64,000 nucleotides of DNA from Eledone cirrhosa (lineage: Eukaryota): positions 45,322,001-45,386,000 of the forward strand of contig OZ024748.1 of the NCBI GenBank assembly GCA_964016885.1. The letters are read 5' to 3'. This document shows positions 45,511-60,825 of the stretch, piece by piece. Below the pieces are notes generated by a model. That model saw nothing but the letters and a program-made list of their open reading frames with translations. It did not search any database and was not told the DNA's origin. Made by a program: the position numbers and the translations under genes. The first letter of the stretch is position 1, and every line of letters begins with the position of its first letter.

Positions 45511-45669
45511 ATGTCTTTCTTAATGTTATTGCTTCTACTTAAGGTCGACTTCTAAATCATTTGGGTGTTCCATAAACTACATCATTCGTTTCTTATTGAT
45601 TTCTTTAGAATGAAACAGCTCTAGTCCTGTATTTCTGTATTTCTGTATTGAAAATGATATATGAATATA

Positions 45670-45755
<86 letters not shown>

Positions 45756-45997
45756 CAGTCTCTATTACATATTCTATGCATACAAATATAACTTTATGAT
45801 ACATTTCAACTGCTAGCTCAGCCCCCCCCCCCACGCACACGCACACACACGCAAACTCATACACACATATATATATGTTGTTCTATCACACACACGTTAT
45901 TTCCATGCATCTATTATTCTGCGAAATATTCAATACTCTTTTCCCTGTATATATATATATATGTATATATACATTCATGCATATATATATATATGTG

Positions 45998-46115
<118 letters not shown>

Positions 46116-46126
46116 TATATATACAT

Positions 46127-46243
<117 letters not shown>

Positions 46244-46874
46244 TATATATATACACGTTAAGAGATTTATTTTCTGCAGTACAGTACGACACATTAAGAA
46301 TTCGATACCATTTCTCTATGCAGACAAAAATAAAAGACAATGATTGAATGCCTGATACAATGTCATTGAGCACCAGTACCAACTAAGTACATCTTGTATA
46401 GAAGATCTTCAATACTTGTCACATGAAAAAGGAACTAATTCTGGGAACCTTTTAACATTCATACAAAATGGAAGGATTTTGATCAGTAAAAAAAGAAGCG
46501 AAACGAAATAATAATTTAAAAAAAAAAAAACGAAACGAAAAAAAAAAAATGTCAGGAAAAATAAACCACGATTTTTATTAAAAAAAAAAAAAAAAAATGC
46601 TTCCTCGTTAAAAGTTTCTTTTACATTCCTTCCAAAATATTTAAAATAGTCTTTGAGTCATTATTTAAAGTAGATGATGAAGATGGCTTAACGCTCTTTG
46701 AAGTTCAACCATAACGAATTTAAAGTACTGCTGTTATTATAGTTTAAATAAATCCAATGACGTCATTCGTCATGGTGTATTTTTGAAAAATAATGTTTTG
46801 GGTGGGATTTAATTTAATTTTCAAGAAGACTTGTACACACACTCAAACACGAGAATGCCGTGTCTTTACATTGT

Positions 46875-46920
<46 letters not shown>

Positions 46921-47126
46921 ATATATATATGTGTGTGTGTGTGTGGGTGGGTGTGGGTGTGGGTGTGTGTGTGCATGTGTGTGTGTATTCCATTTCCTGA
47001 AAATATTCTATTCTTTATTTCGACTATCTTTCTATTTCTTTTTCCCTCCCACATTCTTCTTTCGGATGAGGTATTACCATCCGAAATATTAAGTCTCTTT
47101 TCCTATTGTACCCAGCGTTACACCTA

Positions 47127-47158
<32 letters not shown>

Positions 47159-47590
47159 ACCAAAAGTTAAACAAGGTTAATTGATTAATCAATGAATATA
47201 GTTTTACAATAGATTAGAAGCACTCAACAGAAAAATATTTCTGGAGTTATTAATATTAAATCAAAATATTAATAAATATAGACATTCATGTAATCAAATA
47301 TATTTTATTATATATATTTCAGAGGTACTGTGCTGTTTCCTCAGTGCGTCCTCATCAGATAAAATATATAAATTGATGTCTGACATATCTCAACTGTGCT
47401 GATGGTTCAATTCCAGTCTTGGCAGACTGGAAGACTGGAATTGAACCATCAGCACAGTTTAGGTATGTCAGACATCAATTTATATATTTTATCTGACGAG
47501 GACGTACTGAGGAAACAGCACAGTACCTCTGAAATATATATAATAAAATATATTTGATTACATGAATGTCTATATTTATTAATATTTTGA

Positions 47591-47597
<7 letters not shown>
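47159..47597. mobile_element. Fold-back, TTTTAT-HHR superfamily; HHRs at 47303-47364 (-) and 47487-47548 (+)
   Basis: Stem II GGA C GUACUG..CAGUAC C UCU. AGCACTC at 47219. Confidence 0.85.
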
Positions 47598-47635
<38 letters not shown>

Positions 47636-47638
<3 letters not shown>

Positions 47639-47785
47639 GTAGAACACTGGAAGGTAATATCCGTAGTGGTAGAGCACTCAGTCCATGGGACGAGTTAGGT
47701 AGAAGTGGTTACACAACAGTTAGTTCACCATACCGAGAACAATTGTTCTCGGTATGGTGAACTAACTGTTGTGTAACCACTTCTA
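47636..47785. mobile_element. Fold-back of the 32509-HHR family; perfect 86-bp palindrome at 47700-47785
   Basis: The axis is AACAATTGTT (47738-47747). Homologous to 32533-32645. Confidence 0.85.
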
Positions 47786-47870
47786 TATATATGTATATAT
47801 ATATGTGTGTGTATGTATATATATATACATATGTATATACATATATGGATATATATACATATATATATAT

Positions 47871-48015
47871 ACCGCCTCGTCTACCTTTTTTCCAAGAGCA
47901 CTTTCCCTGATTTTCTAAACTATTATTTGTAAAGATCGAGTACTATTATAGTCATTTGCGTTTGGACGGCTACATTTCAAAGTTCATATTTTATTCAATC
48001 TTCAAGAATATATAT

Positions 48016-48077
<62 letters not shown>

Positions 48078-48237
48078 GATGTATATATATATATATATAT
48101 TCTTGAAGATTGAATAAAATATGAACTTTGAAATGTAGCCGTCCAAACGCAAATGACTATAATAGTACTCGATCTTTACAAATAATAGTTTAGAAAATCG
48201 GGGAAAGTGCTCTTGGAAAAAAGGTAGACGGAGGCGG
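47871..48237. repeat. Inverted repeat (~140-bp arms) around a (TA)n spacer
   Basis: CCGCCTCGTCTACC...TCTTCAAGAA / TTCTTGAAGA...GGTAGACGGAGGCGG. Confidence 0.85.
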
Positions 48238-49412
48238 CCGTGAGGGATCGAACCTCCTATTACAACATATTTAAAGTGCAGTAGTGGGGAGGGGCTGGTC
48301 AGGTGAGACGATTTCTCTGAAAAGTCTACCTCTTAGGTCTTGTAGAGACGGGGATATATTTGGTAGTCACCTCTCTACAGAAATATATGTATATGGTGGG
48401 TGGTGTTAGGGTTAACTGGAAGAAGAAGAAGGAGGAGGTGGAGAAGAAGAAGAAGAAGAAGAAGAAGAAGAAGAAGAAGAAGAAGAAGAAGAAGAAGAAA
48501 CCAACAGTTAAAAGAGCATCCAGCCTTAACCGCAATATAAACAATACCAACAACAACAAAAATAAGAACAGTAACAGCAATAACAGCAGCAATAACAACA
48601 ACAACCACAGCAACAACAATAACTACACAGTAATACTAACAGCAAAAGCAACAATAACAACAAGAACAACAACAGTAATACTAACAATAACAACAGCACC
48701 AATAACAACAACATCAACAACATCAGCAACAATAATAATAACAAATCAATAACAATATACAAAATAAATATAGAACACAAATAACAAAAGAACAACAAAG
48801 TAAACCAATAAAAGAAAATAAAGAAAAAAGAAAGAATATCAATAGGTCCCCCCTTCCCCACCTATAAATACAATTTCCAATCAACAGATCAATAACTGCA
48901 GATTCAAACGATAATAATAAAATTTGTCACGTTAGAAGTGTGTGGTGGTGGTAGTGGTGGTGGGGTATTGAAGGGTAGGGGAGGAAGGTAACAATGGGAG
49001 GAGGTGGGAAGAGGGATGCGGAAAATAAAGAATCACTCCCCCACTCACATCCATTCTGTCTCTCTCTCTCTCTCTACTGCCACGAGCAACTGCACTACCA
49101 CCACCACCACCACCACAACCAACACACCACCATCATCACCACCACCACGACGACGATGACCACCACCACCACCACCACTACCACTACCACGACCACCACA
49201 AACAAAAAACCCACCATCATCACCACCACCACGACCACCACAAACACCACCACCACCACTACCACCACCACAACCACGACCACCGACACCACCACTACCA
49301 CCACCACCACCACCACGACCACCGCCATTACCACCACCACTACCACAACCACCACAACCAACACACCACCACCACCACCACCACCACCACTACAAAAACG
49401 ACCACCATCACC

Positions 49413-49447
<35 letters not shown>

Positions 49448-49824
49448 CACCACAACCACCACCACCACTATCCGCCACCACCACCACCACCACTGCTACC
49501 ACCACCACAACCACCACCACCATCACCACCACCACCACTACTACCACCACCACCACCACCACCAGGTTGTTCTGCTATGCAACCCGGCTTCGCAGCTTGC
49601 ATTTCGTTTTCTATATTCAACTTGGAAGTGAAGATTTACAAGAGGAAATGGTGTGTACAGACACGGTCGGCTGGTTTATTGTTTAACACTAAACCCTGCT
49701 CCACCCTGCTCCACCCCATTGCAATCTGCTCCACCATACTGCACGCCACTCCACTCCACCCCAACACATCACTCCACTCAACACACCACTTAACTCACTC
49801 CATCCTACACCACAGCCTAGGCTT

Positions 49825-50465
49825 CACTAGGCTGTTGTCTAAACACTCTACCTCACAACACATCACTGGGTTGTTGTCTAACACTCCACCTCACAACACA
49901 TCACTGGGTTGTTGTCTAACACACCACCTCACAATACACCACTAGGCTGTTGTCTAACCCTCCACCTCACAACACGCCACTGGGTTGTTGTCTAACACTC
50001 CACCTCACAACATAACACGCCATTTGCTTGTTGTCTAACACTCCACCTCACAACACACCACTGGGTTGTTGTTTAACACACTACCTCACAACACAACACG
50101 CCACTGGGCTGTCGTCTAACACTCCACCTCACAACACACCACTGGGTTGTTGTCTAACACACTACCTCACAACACAACACGCCACTGGGCTGTCGTCTAA
50201 CACTGCAGCTCACAACACACCACTGGGTTGTTGTCTAACACTCCAGCTCACAACACGCCACTGGGTTGTCGTCTAACACTCCACCTCACAACACAACACG
50301 CCACTGGGTTGTTGTCTAACACTCCAGCTCACAACACGCCACTGGGTTGTTGTCTTACACTCCACCTCACAACACAACACGCCACTGGGTTGTTGTCTAA
50401 CACACTACCTCACAACACAACACACCACTGGGTTGTTGTCTAACACTCCACCTCACAACACATCA
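49825..50465. repeat. 38/43-bp minisatellite (CCACTGGGTTGTTGTCTAACACTCCACCTCACAACA)
   Basis: Direct reading. Confidence 0.9.
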
Positions 50466-50897
50466 CAGGGTCCACCCCACGGCCACACCTCTCATACTTT
50501 GCTGTGGAACACTGCACCCCGTACAGTACACCAGTCACGTCTTTACAAGTTGAACATGGAAGCATTAACAACAACAACAACAACAACAACAACAGTATCA
50601 GAAGAAGAACACCAAAGAGAAGAACTCATGATAAATCGTATAAAAATAACAACACTAACGGTTTCTTGATAATCATATGTTAGAAAATAACGTTAAAAAA
50701 ATGTCGGCAACTTCTAAGCAGACGACAACGGTACAATACACACCAGATGGATGACTCTACTTGAATTGTTTGAGTGTAAAATAGAATTGTCGTAGTTGAT
50801 GGTATTGTCGTTGTTGTTGGTACCTGTGGTGTTGTTGTTGTTGGTGGTGGTGGTGGTACCTGTGTTGTTGTTGTTGGTAGTGGTGGTGGTATCTGTG

Positions 50898-50929
<32 letters not shown>

Positions 50930-51257
50930 ACCTGTGTTGTCGTCGTTGCTGTAGTTATGAAGACATCTTTTGATATTTCACTTGTTACATTACAAGGTAT
51001 ATACATGGTGTGTGGCGTGTGGTGTGTGGTGTGTGGTGTAGTGTGTTGTGTGTTGTGTGGTGTGTGGTGTAGTGTGTTGTGTGGTGTGTGGTTTAGTGTG
51101 TGGTGTAGTGTGTGGTGTGTGGTGTAGTGTGTAGTGTGTTGTTTGGTGTGTGGTGTGTGGTGTGTGGTGTTAGTGTCTGGTGTGTAGTGTGTGGTGTGGT
51201 GGGTGGTGTGTGATGTGTGGTGTGTAGTCTGTGGTGTGTCGTGTTGTGTGGTATGTG

Positions 51258-51292
<35 letters not shown>

Positions 51293-51616
51293 AATAAAGT
51301 TTCAGCGAGAATCACATTTCGGCGGGTAGGAAAAGCGAAGCGAAACGCAAAAATCAGAAATGATACTGGCAAAGTGCTCAATAGTTAAAAACCAGAGCTA
51401 AACAATGTGTTAAGAAGCCATACAAAACTGAAAAGGTGGTCAAGAAGGCATTAACCACCCAAGCCAAAAACCAAATCAAGCTAAACAGGTCAAAACAAAA
51501 TAAATGATAAAAAATAAATATATATATTTCTAGGAAAATGACCCAATCTACTACCCTAAGTATTGAGTACTCTGGTGCGTTATCTGGTCCATCAGGTTCC
51601 TTACCACACCTCCTAC

Positions 51617-51734
<118 letters not shown>

Positions 51735-51751
51735 TATATATATATATATAT

Positions 51752-51940
51752 AGTGAAGGAAAAGTGGTAAGGAACCAGGTGGACCATAACGCACCAAAGT
51801 ACTCAATACTTAGGGTAGTAGAGTGGGTAATAGAAGTAAGTAAGACCCCGACGGCTGAGCTCAAGCCGTTTCGACGGCTAATGTACAGAATTAGCCGTCG
51901 AAACGGCTTGAGCTCAGCCGTCGGGGTCTTACTTACTCCT
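51752..51940. mobile_element. Fold-back family with GTCGAAACGGC and TTGAGTACT; copies at 51530-51620, 57228-57422, 59470-59602, 60560-60632 and a fragment at 45095-45150
   Basis: Shared GTGGTAAGGAACC..GGACCA..AACGCACCA..AGTACTCAATACTTAGGGTAGTA block. Hairpins have a short right arm. Confidence 0.8.
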
Positions 51941-51980
51941 ATATATATATATACTGTATATATATATATATATATATATG

Positions 51981-52403
51981 TAAACGGAAAAAATGAAACG
52001 AAATTTCATTTCCCACTCTTAGTACGGCTGTTACTTAAATATAAGTATGTATACGTACATACATATATGTATACAGACGTACAGTAGTATGTATATATAT
52101 ATACACATACATGCACACACATATATATATGTACGTATGGATTCACCGAACATTTATTATAATGCTCGGTGTGTTTGTAAACAAACATCCCGTATTAAGC
52201 CGTAGTGTCTAGCAACTATCGTTGCTCGTTTGTTCAAAGGAACGCTGTACTAGTTTCAAGCTTATTAACTATCGTCAGCAACTTATACCTTCCTGCCAGA
52301 TTGTTGAACGTATATACTTACCTTATGCATATTAACGGCTGAGTAGCCCAATTTGCATATCGAGTGGGTTAACCCAGTCGATATGCAAATTGGGTTACTC
52401 AGC
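51981..52403 (-). mobile_element. Diverged 466-family monomer with an HHR (~52241-52285) and a terminal fold-back at 52338-52403
   Basis: GUUG-CUGACGA-U AGUU AAUA AGCU U-GAAA-CUAGUA/CAGC, showing pairing-preserving changes relative to the array copy. Confidence 0.8.
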
Positions 52404-52523
52404 ATATATCGAGGGAGAGACAGAGAGAGAGAGGGGTAAATAGATAGATACTAAAACGGAGTAAGACATACTCTTCTACTGGAGTCTCAGTTACCAATGT
52501 TTGAGAAGTTGTATTATATGGGA

Positions 52524-52524
52524 A

Positions 52525-52564
<40 letters not shown>

Positions 52565-52581
52565 TGTAGTAGTAATAGTAA

Positions 52582-52617
<36 letters not shown>

Positions 52618-52782
52618 TAGTAGTGGTAGTAGTAGTAATAGTAGTAGTAGTAGTAGTAGTAGTAATAGTAGTAGTAGTAGTAGTAGTAGTAATAGTAGTA
52701 GTAGTAGTAGTAATAGTAATAGTAGTAGTAGTAGTGGTAGTAGTAGTAATAGTAGTAGTAGTAGTAGTAGTAGTAATAGTAA

Positions 52783-52841
<59 letters not shown>

Positions 52842-52853
52842 GTATTAATAGTC

Positions 52854-52889
<36 letters not shown>

Positions 52890-53150
52890 ATAGTAAAAGC
52901 AGTTGTAGTAATAGTAGTAGTAGTAGTAATAATAGTAGTAGTAGTAGTAGTATTAGTAATAGTAGAAGTAGTAGTAGTAGTAATAGTAGAAGTAGTAGTA
53001 ATAGTAGTAGTAGTAATAATAGTAGTAGTAGTAATAATAGTAGTAGAAGTAGTAGTAGTAGTAGTAGTAATAGTAGTAGTAGTAGTAATAGTAGTAGTAG
53101 TAATTGTAGTAATAGTAGTGTAAGTAGTAGTAGTAACAGTAGAAGTAGTA
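52524..53150. repeat. Degenerate (TAG)n microsatellite
   Basis: Direct reading. Confidence 0.9.
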
Positions 53151-53430
53151 GTCTAATTGTTGTTGACGTGGTCAAATGTAGTATACACTAATAAAACTTT
53201 AACACAAAACCATATCAAGGAGACATAAATTAGCTTTGCTGTGTCTAATTGTTGTCGTCTTGGTCAAATTTAGTATATACTAGTAAATCGCGAAACTTCA
53301 ACACAAAACCATAGCAAGGACAGATAGATTAGCTTTGCTGTGTCACCTTGTTGTTGTTACAGCTCACACCTATGCAGGTTTCGCTGGTCTCCCCCAAGGT
53401 ATATCTCCTTGGAGGTGTCTTGGGTGATTT

Positions 53431-53601
53431 AATGATAGGGACCCTGATCCTATCATCTCATTTCTACAGCTGAGTAAACTGGAGCAATATGAAATAAAGT
53501 GTCTTGCTCAAGGAAACTACACATCACCCGGTCCGAGAATTGAACTCACAACCTTTCGATTGCAGGCCCAATGCTCTAACCACTAATACATGCGCCTTCA
53601 C
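53431..53601 (-). mobile_element. tRNA-headed SINE, 5' half
   Basis: Minus strand TTAGTGGTTAGAGC (A box) and GAGTTCAATTC (B box), then the CCTTGAGCAAGACAC core. Confidence 0.8.
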
Positions 53602-53883
53602 TATGTCAACTTAACATACAGAGAATCTAATTGTTGCCGAAGTGGTCACATTTTTAAAGTAAACTTGCACCTACGTACAAGGAAGTTTCGCAACTGGCTG
53701 TGGTTGAATTAATTTGAATAAAATCTCCATTTCTCAGACAATCCTTACTAAAGGAGAGGCCTGATTAGAGAAAGGAAGCGGACACCGACAAAGTATATCT
53801 CACACACCCCCTCCACCCCTCGCCACACACCCTCCACACACTCCTTCACCACACACCCTACCACACACTTCTCCATCGCCCCT

Positions 53884-53967
<84 letters not shown>

Positions 53968-53971
53968 CCTA

Positions 53972-54015
<44 letters not shown>

Positions 54016-54125
54016 TAATATACTAATATATATATATATATATATGTAATGAAATTTCCGTTGAAAACAGAAAAGGTCATAGAAGTGAAGAGTGCTCTAT
54101 GTAAGTACCAGAGCAAAATTTAATG

Positions 54126-54164
<39 letters not shown>

Positions 54165-54549
54165 GTGTGTGTGTGTATATATATATGTTTGTATAGTTTT
54201 CCTTGAACAAAGGCAATGTGTAAATATTTCTAAGACAATCTTTAGTTTTGTTCAAAGTAGCCATTTTGGTATTGTTTAGTTATTTTTAGTGAAATATTTA
54301 ATATTTAATATCCAATAACATATAGTTCGATTATTGCGTTAATATAAAGCTAAGTATATTGGATCGATAAATGATTTGAGAGGAAGAGAGAAGTGAAATA
54401 TATGGATAGGGAGATAGATAGATAGAGATAGTGAAAGATATATACATAGAGAGAGAGAAAGATATATACATAGAGAGAGAGAGATAGATAGATAGAGAGA
54501 GAGAGAGGGAGAGAGAGAGAGAGAGATACAGAGATAGAGATAGAGAAAG

Positions 54550-54580
<31 letters not shown>

Positions 54581-54636
54581 AAGGGAGAGATAGATAGAGA
54601 GAGAGAGAGAGAGTGAGAGAGAGTGAGAGAGAGAGA

Positions 54637-54668
<32 letters not shown>

Positions 54669-54689
54669 TACAGAGATAGAGATAGAGAA

Positions 54690-54724
<35 letters not shown>

Positions 54725-54731
54725 ATGGGAG

Positions 54732-54763
<32 letters not shown>

Positions 54764-55220
54764 ATTGAGGAGTCAGCTTGGGCAGATTATAAGTGGAAAA
54801 GGGGAATACGAAAGGGGTGGGTGAAATAGAGGGTGAAAGTGAGAGAAGGGGGGGGGGACAGATAGATAGATAGATAGAGAGAGAGGGAGAGAGAGATTGA
54901 GAGAGGGAGAGGAAGAGATGGAGTTCGATTAACAGAGAAAATGATATAAGATTCCTCTGTCTCTCTCTATATATATATGTATATACACACACACATACCC
55001 ACCCACATAAATATATATGCACACACATATATATATATGCACACGCACACACACATATATATATATATACAGATATAGATAGATAGATATAGATATACAT
55101 ACATATATACATACACACACACACACATATATATATACATATATATATATATAGATATAGATATAGATAGATATACATATACATACATATATACATACAC
55201 ACACACACACACATATATAC

Positions 55221-55275
<55 letters not shown>

Positions 55276-55367
55276 TATAGATATATATTTCTTTATTTAC
55301 CATAAAGATATTATATAGATATAGATATAGATAGATATACATATACATACATATATACATACACACC

Positions 55368-55475
<108 letters not shown>

Positions 55476-55801
55476 TATATAGCCAGCTGTACATATATAA
55501 TGATATATCGATATAGGGAAGGTTATGTTATTATATGTGCTGAGATTCAATGTATGCTATTACGGAAATTAAAAGACTTCCATTCCTGATACGGTTCATT
55601 CTTCTCATTCTTTAATTCTCATTCCACTATTCTGGATCAAAGCTGTGGATAGTAAGTGTTCGGTTATTCCTACTCTTATTGTCACCACCACCACCACCAC
55701 CACCACCACCACCACCACCACCACTACCAATCATCACCACCACCACCACCACCACCACAGCCACCACCACCACCACCACCACCACTCTCTCTCTCTCTCT
55801 C

Positions 55802-55924
<123 letters not shown>

Positions 55925-55962
55925 CTCTCCCTCTCTCTCTCTATATATATTTTACCCGCCCT

Positions 55963-56014
<52 letters not shown>

Positions 56015-56231
56015 TTAATATAGATGAGATTCTACAGGACTAGAACTGTTTCATTCTTTAGAAATCATCAGGAATCCTGATGATTTCTAAAGAATGAAAC
56101 AGTTCTAGTCCTGTAGAATCTCATCTATATTAAAACTTTTATACTCTGCAATGTATTGAGTACCTTACTTACTGTGGTTACCTCCGATTCAACCCGGAAT
56201 AACGTATATATATATATATATATATATATAT

Positions 56232-56775
<544 letters not shown>

Positions 56776-57554
56776 TATATATATCTAGGGCAGGTAAAAT
56801 TCCTGAGATCCATGGACGAGTTCTCTCCAGCGGTCTCTGTCACTCATTATCGCTGCCATGTCCTGCGTCTCCAACAGACCAGTGTCTGTCCTTGGGGCAT
56901 CAACATATGTTAACCCTGGTCTTCCTCTTCCAGTGTGTCCATGTAGGGGCTCACACAGGAGCACTGAGTGCAATGTCAACTCTGGATGTCGGTGAGCATG
57001 TCCAGCTAACATCAGTCTCCTCTGTGTCACTTTTGAGCTGACTTTTGGGAGGCTCCCATACAGCTCTGAGTTTTTCATCCTCAGTGTATACTGATTAATG
57101 TTCAGAGCCATCCTCAGTATTCTCGTGTAGCACCCATCCACCATCTGAGTGAGTCTCTTGGTCAGTGTCCAAGTCTCAGACCCATACAGCAGCACAGACT
57201 CCACTACAGCAATATATATAGATATAACGTTGGAGGTGTGGTAAGGAACCAGATGGACCATAACGCACCAGAGTACTCAATACTTAGGGTAGTATAGCGG
57301 GTAATAGGAAAATGTATGACCCCGACGGCAGAGCTCAAGCCGCCTCGACGGGTATTTCTGGACCTTCCAGAAATAGCCGTCGAGGCGGCTTGAGCCCTGC
57401 CGTCGGGGTCAATCATTTTCCTATATACAGTATATATATATATATATATATATATATTCTTCGGCTCTGTTTAACTACATTGAGCTATACCTTTTACTGT
57501 CATTTCTATAATACGAAGAGCGTGTTTAACTCCAACACGCTCCAGTATTTTAAC

Positions 57555-57594
<40 letters not shown>

Positions 57595-57598
57595 ATAT

Positions 57599-57704
<106 letters not shown>

Positions 57705-57973
57705 GAACACACACCCCACCGTATATATATATATATATATAGTTTTGTCTTATTTAAGAGGCATATTTATAATTCGTCTGATTAAGAGTAAGTAATCATT
57801 ATTGCAAATCTTGTTCTCTGGAGATAATCTCGCATGTTCTCTGTAGGTATGTAAACCCCGAGACTGTACAGATACATACACACATACACATAATGATAGA
57901 GACATATATACATACAGGTTTAAAGCAGCACGAAGCATACGTGAGAGAGAGATACACAGATAGAGATAGAGAA

Positions 57974-58037
<64 letters not shown>

Positions 58038-58149
58038 GCAAAAGAAACCAAAGAACGCTTTACATACTCAAACAGTCTTTATTTAATTACAATGTTTCAT
58101 CCTCACCTTTTGGCAGGAATCCTCAGAGCCTAATAAATACAATGTTGAG

Positions 58150-58183
<34 letters not shown>

Positions 58184-58470
58184 TAGATAGATAGAGAGAT
58201 AGATAGGTAGATAGAGAGATAGAGAGATAGATAGATAGATAGATAGATAGAGAGATAGATAGATAGAGAAATATATATATATATACATATATATATACAC
58301 GCATAAAGGGAGAGAGATTGAGATTGAGGAGTCAGCGTGGGCAGATTATAAGTGGAAAAGGGGAATACGAAAAGTCTGGGTGAAAGTGAGAGAGTGAGGG
58401 GGGTGGGGAGACAGACAGATAGATAGATATATTTCTTTATTAGCCACAAGGGCGCAAGACAGATATATAG

Positions 58471-58504
<34 letters not shown>

Positions 58505-58569
58505 ATAGCTTTTTCTCCAGTTTTGATGTCAGCGTCCAAGCGATAGAGCCACAAACAAGCACAGATTCC

Positions 58570-58812
58570 ACAGCAGCCCCTGAAGAAATTCCTTTTCAGT
58601 TTGGCCGGAGGGAAGACCCAACAAATAAGGATCTCTATGACAATATACCACCTATCAGCAAGTCAATACGTAAACAGAGACTGAGATTTGCCTGGTCATT
58701 GTTGGCGCAGCAAGGAAGAAATAGCAGGCGATGTGTTGTTATGGAGTCCATCTCATGGAACAAGAAACGCTGGTCGTCCCAAGAAGACATACGTCAAGCA
58801 ACTTGAGGACGA
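58570..58812 (+). pseudogene. RTE-like LINE internal fragment
   Basis: ..[19 protein letters not shown] / [40 protein letters not shown]. Confidence 0.75.
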
Positions 58813-58962
58813 TATATATATATATATATATGACTGTATCATTGTGTATATATATATATATATATATGTCTATCATTGTGTGTATATAAATGTCTCTATG
58901 ATTGTGTATATATATATATGTCTCTATCATTGTGTATATATATATATATATGACTCTATCAT

Positions 58963-59037
<75 letters not shown>

Positions 59038-59314
59038 TATTTTCCGTTGTGTTGTAATATAAATATTACACACAGTAGATTATCAGCTCACGTAGAGTTT
59101 GCTCGACGGTTCCAGTTGTAGTTCCAAAAGTAATCCGGAGAAAAATAGAAAGATTTGAATGGATACAGTTTAGTTGTATCCATTCAAATCTTTCTATATA
59201 TATATATATATATATATGTCTCTATCATTGTGTATATATATGACTCTATCATTGTGTATATATATATATGACTCTATCATTGTGTGTATGTATATATGTC
59301 TCTATCATTGTGCG

Positions 59315-59342
<28 letters not shown>

Positions 59343-59345
<3 letters not shown>

Positions 59346-59406
59346 CAAGGGCGGTGCCCCAGCATGGCCTCAGCCGGATGGCTGAAACAGGTAAAAGAGT
59401 AAAAGA

Positions 59407-59408
<2 letters not shown>
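59343..59408 (+). mobile_element. SINE/LINE 3' tail fragment
   Basis: GGCGGTGCCCCAGCATGGCC..GCTGAAACAGGTAAAAGAGTAAAAGAG ends in a short tandem tail. Confidence 0.55.
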
Positions 59409-59470
<62 letters not shown>

Positions 59471-60052
59471 CGAAGGAAATGTGGTAAGGAACCAAGTGGA
59501 CCATAACGCACCAAAGTACTCAATACTTAGGGTAGTAGAGTGGGTAATAGGAACAAATAAGAACCCGACGGCTGAGCTCAAGCCGTTTCGACGGCTAATT
59601 CTGGACTGAATGAAAATTTATTCTGGTATTTAAATAGCCGAGCTTGTCAAGGGGTAATTCCATATATGGTCAAAGAGATAAACACCAGGATTGGTCACAT
59701 CACAAGTCAGTAGTAAATCTGTGATGGCAAAATGGTGGGGAAAGGGGTAGCTGAACCTGCCAGTAGGAGAAAAAGGGAGAGGGGGTGGAGTAGACCCATT
59801 CAAGCGTTGGTAGTGCCGGCTACAGCTGGGTGTGAGGTCAAAGTGGATACTGGGGAGGGGGAGGGGGAGGAAGTCGAAACGGTAAGTAAGAACAATGAAG
59901 GGTAAAACTATGAAATGTACTGAGAGAGAGAAAAGAGAAAATAAGCAAGGTCTGGTTACTAAGACTTAAGTCTCTCGCTATTGCTAGGCTAATGAAATAC
60001 ATAAATAAATAAATAAACAAATAAGTGAATAAAAGAATAGATAAATAAATTT

Positions 60053-60083
<31 letters not shown>

Positions 60084-60099
60084 TAATGAAGAATAAAAA

Positions 60100-60130
<31 letters not shown>

Positions 60131-60526
60131 TCTCGTCTACGATTTCACAGAACTTATGTTTACGGAATTCGCAGACCAGACCCCTTCTTCCTCCCGTTAG
60201 ACCTGTGCGAAATTCCTTCCTTGCTCACATTTCAACCAGGTTTGATGGTCTTTATTCTCTCGTTCACGATTTCACCGAATTTAAATTCATAGACATTTGG
60301 GACTTGACTCCTTCTTCCTCACTTTCTGTTGCTTCACCATTTTGTTTGTTTACCCTCGCGTCCCCTTTATTTACGTGTCCCAACGACTTTTTTTGGCCGT
60401 TGCTCGCACCAACCGGAGGTATATGGTCTTTAAAGCGATGAAATGCCTATGATGGTTGGAAGATCACTGATGAAGGACAAACTTTTTTCATATGTAACCC
60501 ATTTGCAACTCCGCAGCGCCCTTAAT

Positions 60527-60562
<36 letters not shown>

Positions 60563-60632
60563 GAAGGAGGTGTGGTAAGGAACCTGATGGACCAGATAAC
60601 GCACCAGAGTACTCAATACTTAGGGTAGTAGA

Positions 60633-60756
60633 TCGTCATAATCAGGTCGAGCTTGCTCGGCCTTCTAAGACACGTTTCCTCCATCCAACTCTGTCTCTCA
60701 TAGCGTTTGCCAGTTCTTCCGCAGTGCAAGCTTGACCTGATGATGATGATGATGAT
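60633..60756 (-). mobile_element. RTE-like LINE 3' end (minus) fused head-to-head to a second tiny 3' end with a (GAT)n tail
   Basis: Minus strand reads CTAEELANAMRDRVGWRKRV. ATCAGGTCGAGCTTGC (60641) is mirrored by GCAAGCTTGACCTGAT (60726). Confidence 0.65.
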
Positions 60757-60825
60757 AAATACACATAATCATAGAGAACTACACACATACACATAATGGT
60801 AGAGACATATATAAATACACACATC

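Noticed and set aside
60425-60490. Type II hammerhead (GAAA before CUGAUGA; also 11375-11415 minus)
   Set aside because: Stems II and III could not be paired convincingly.
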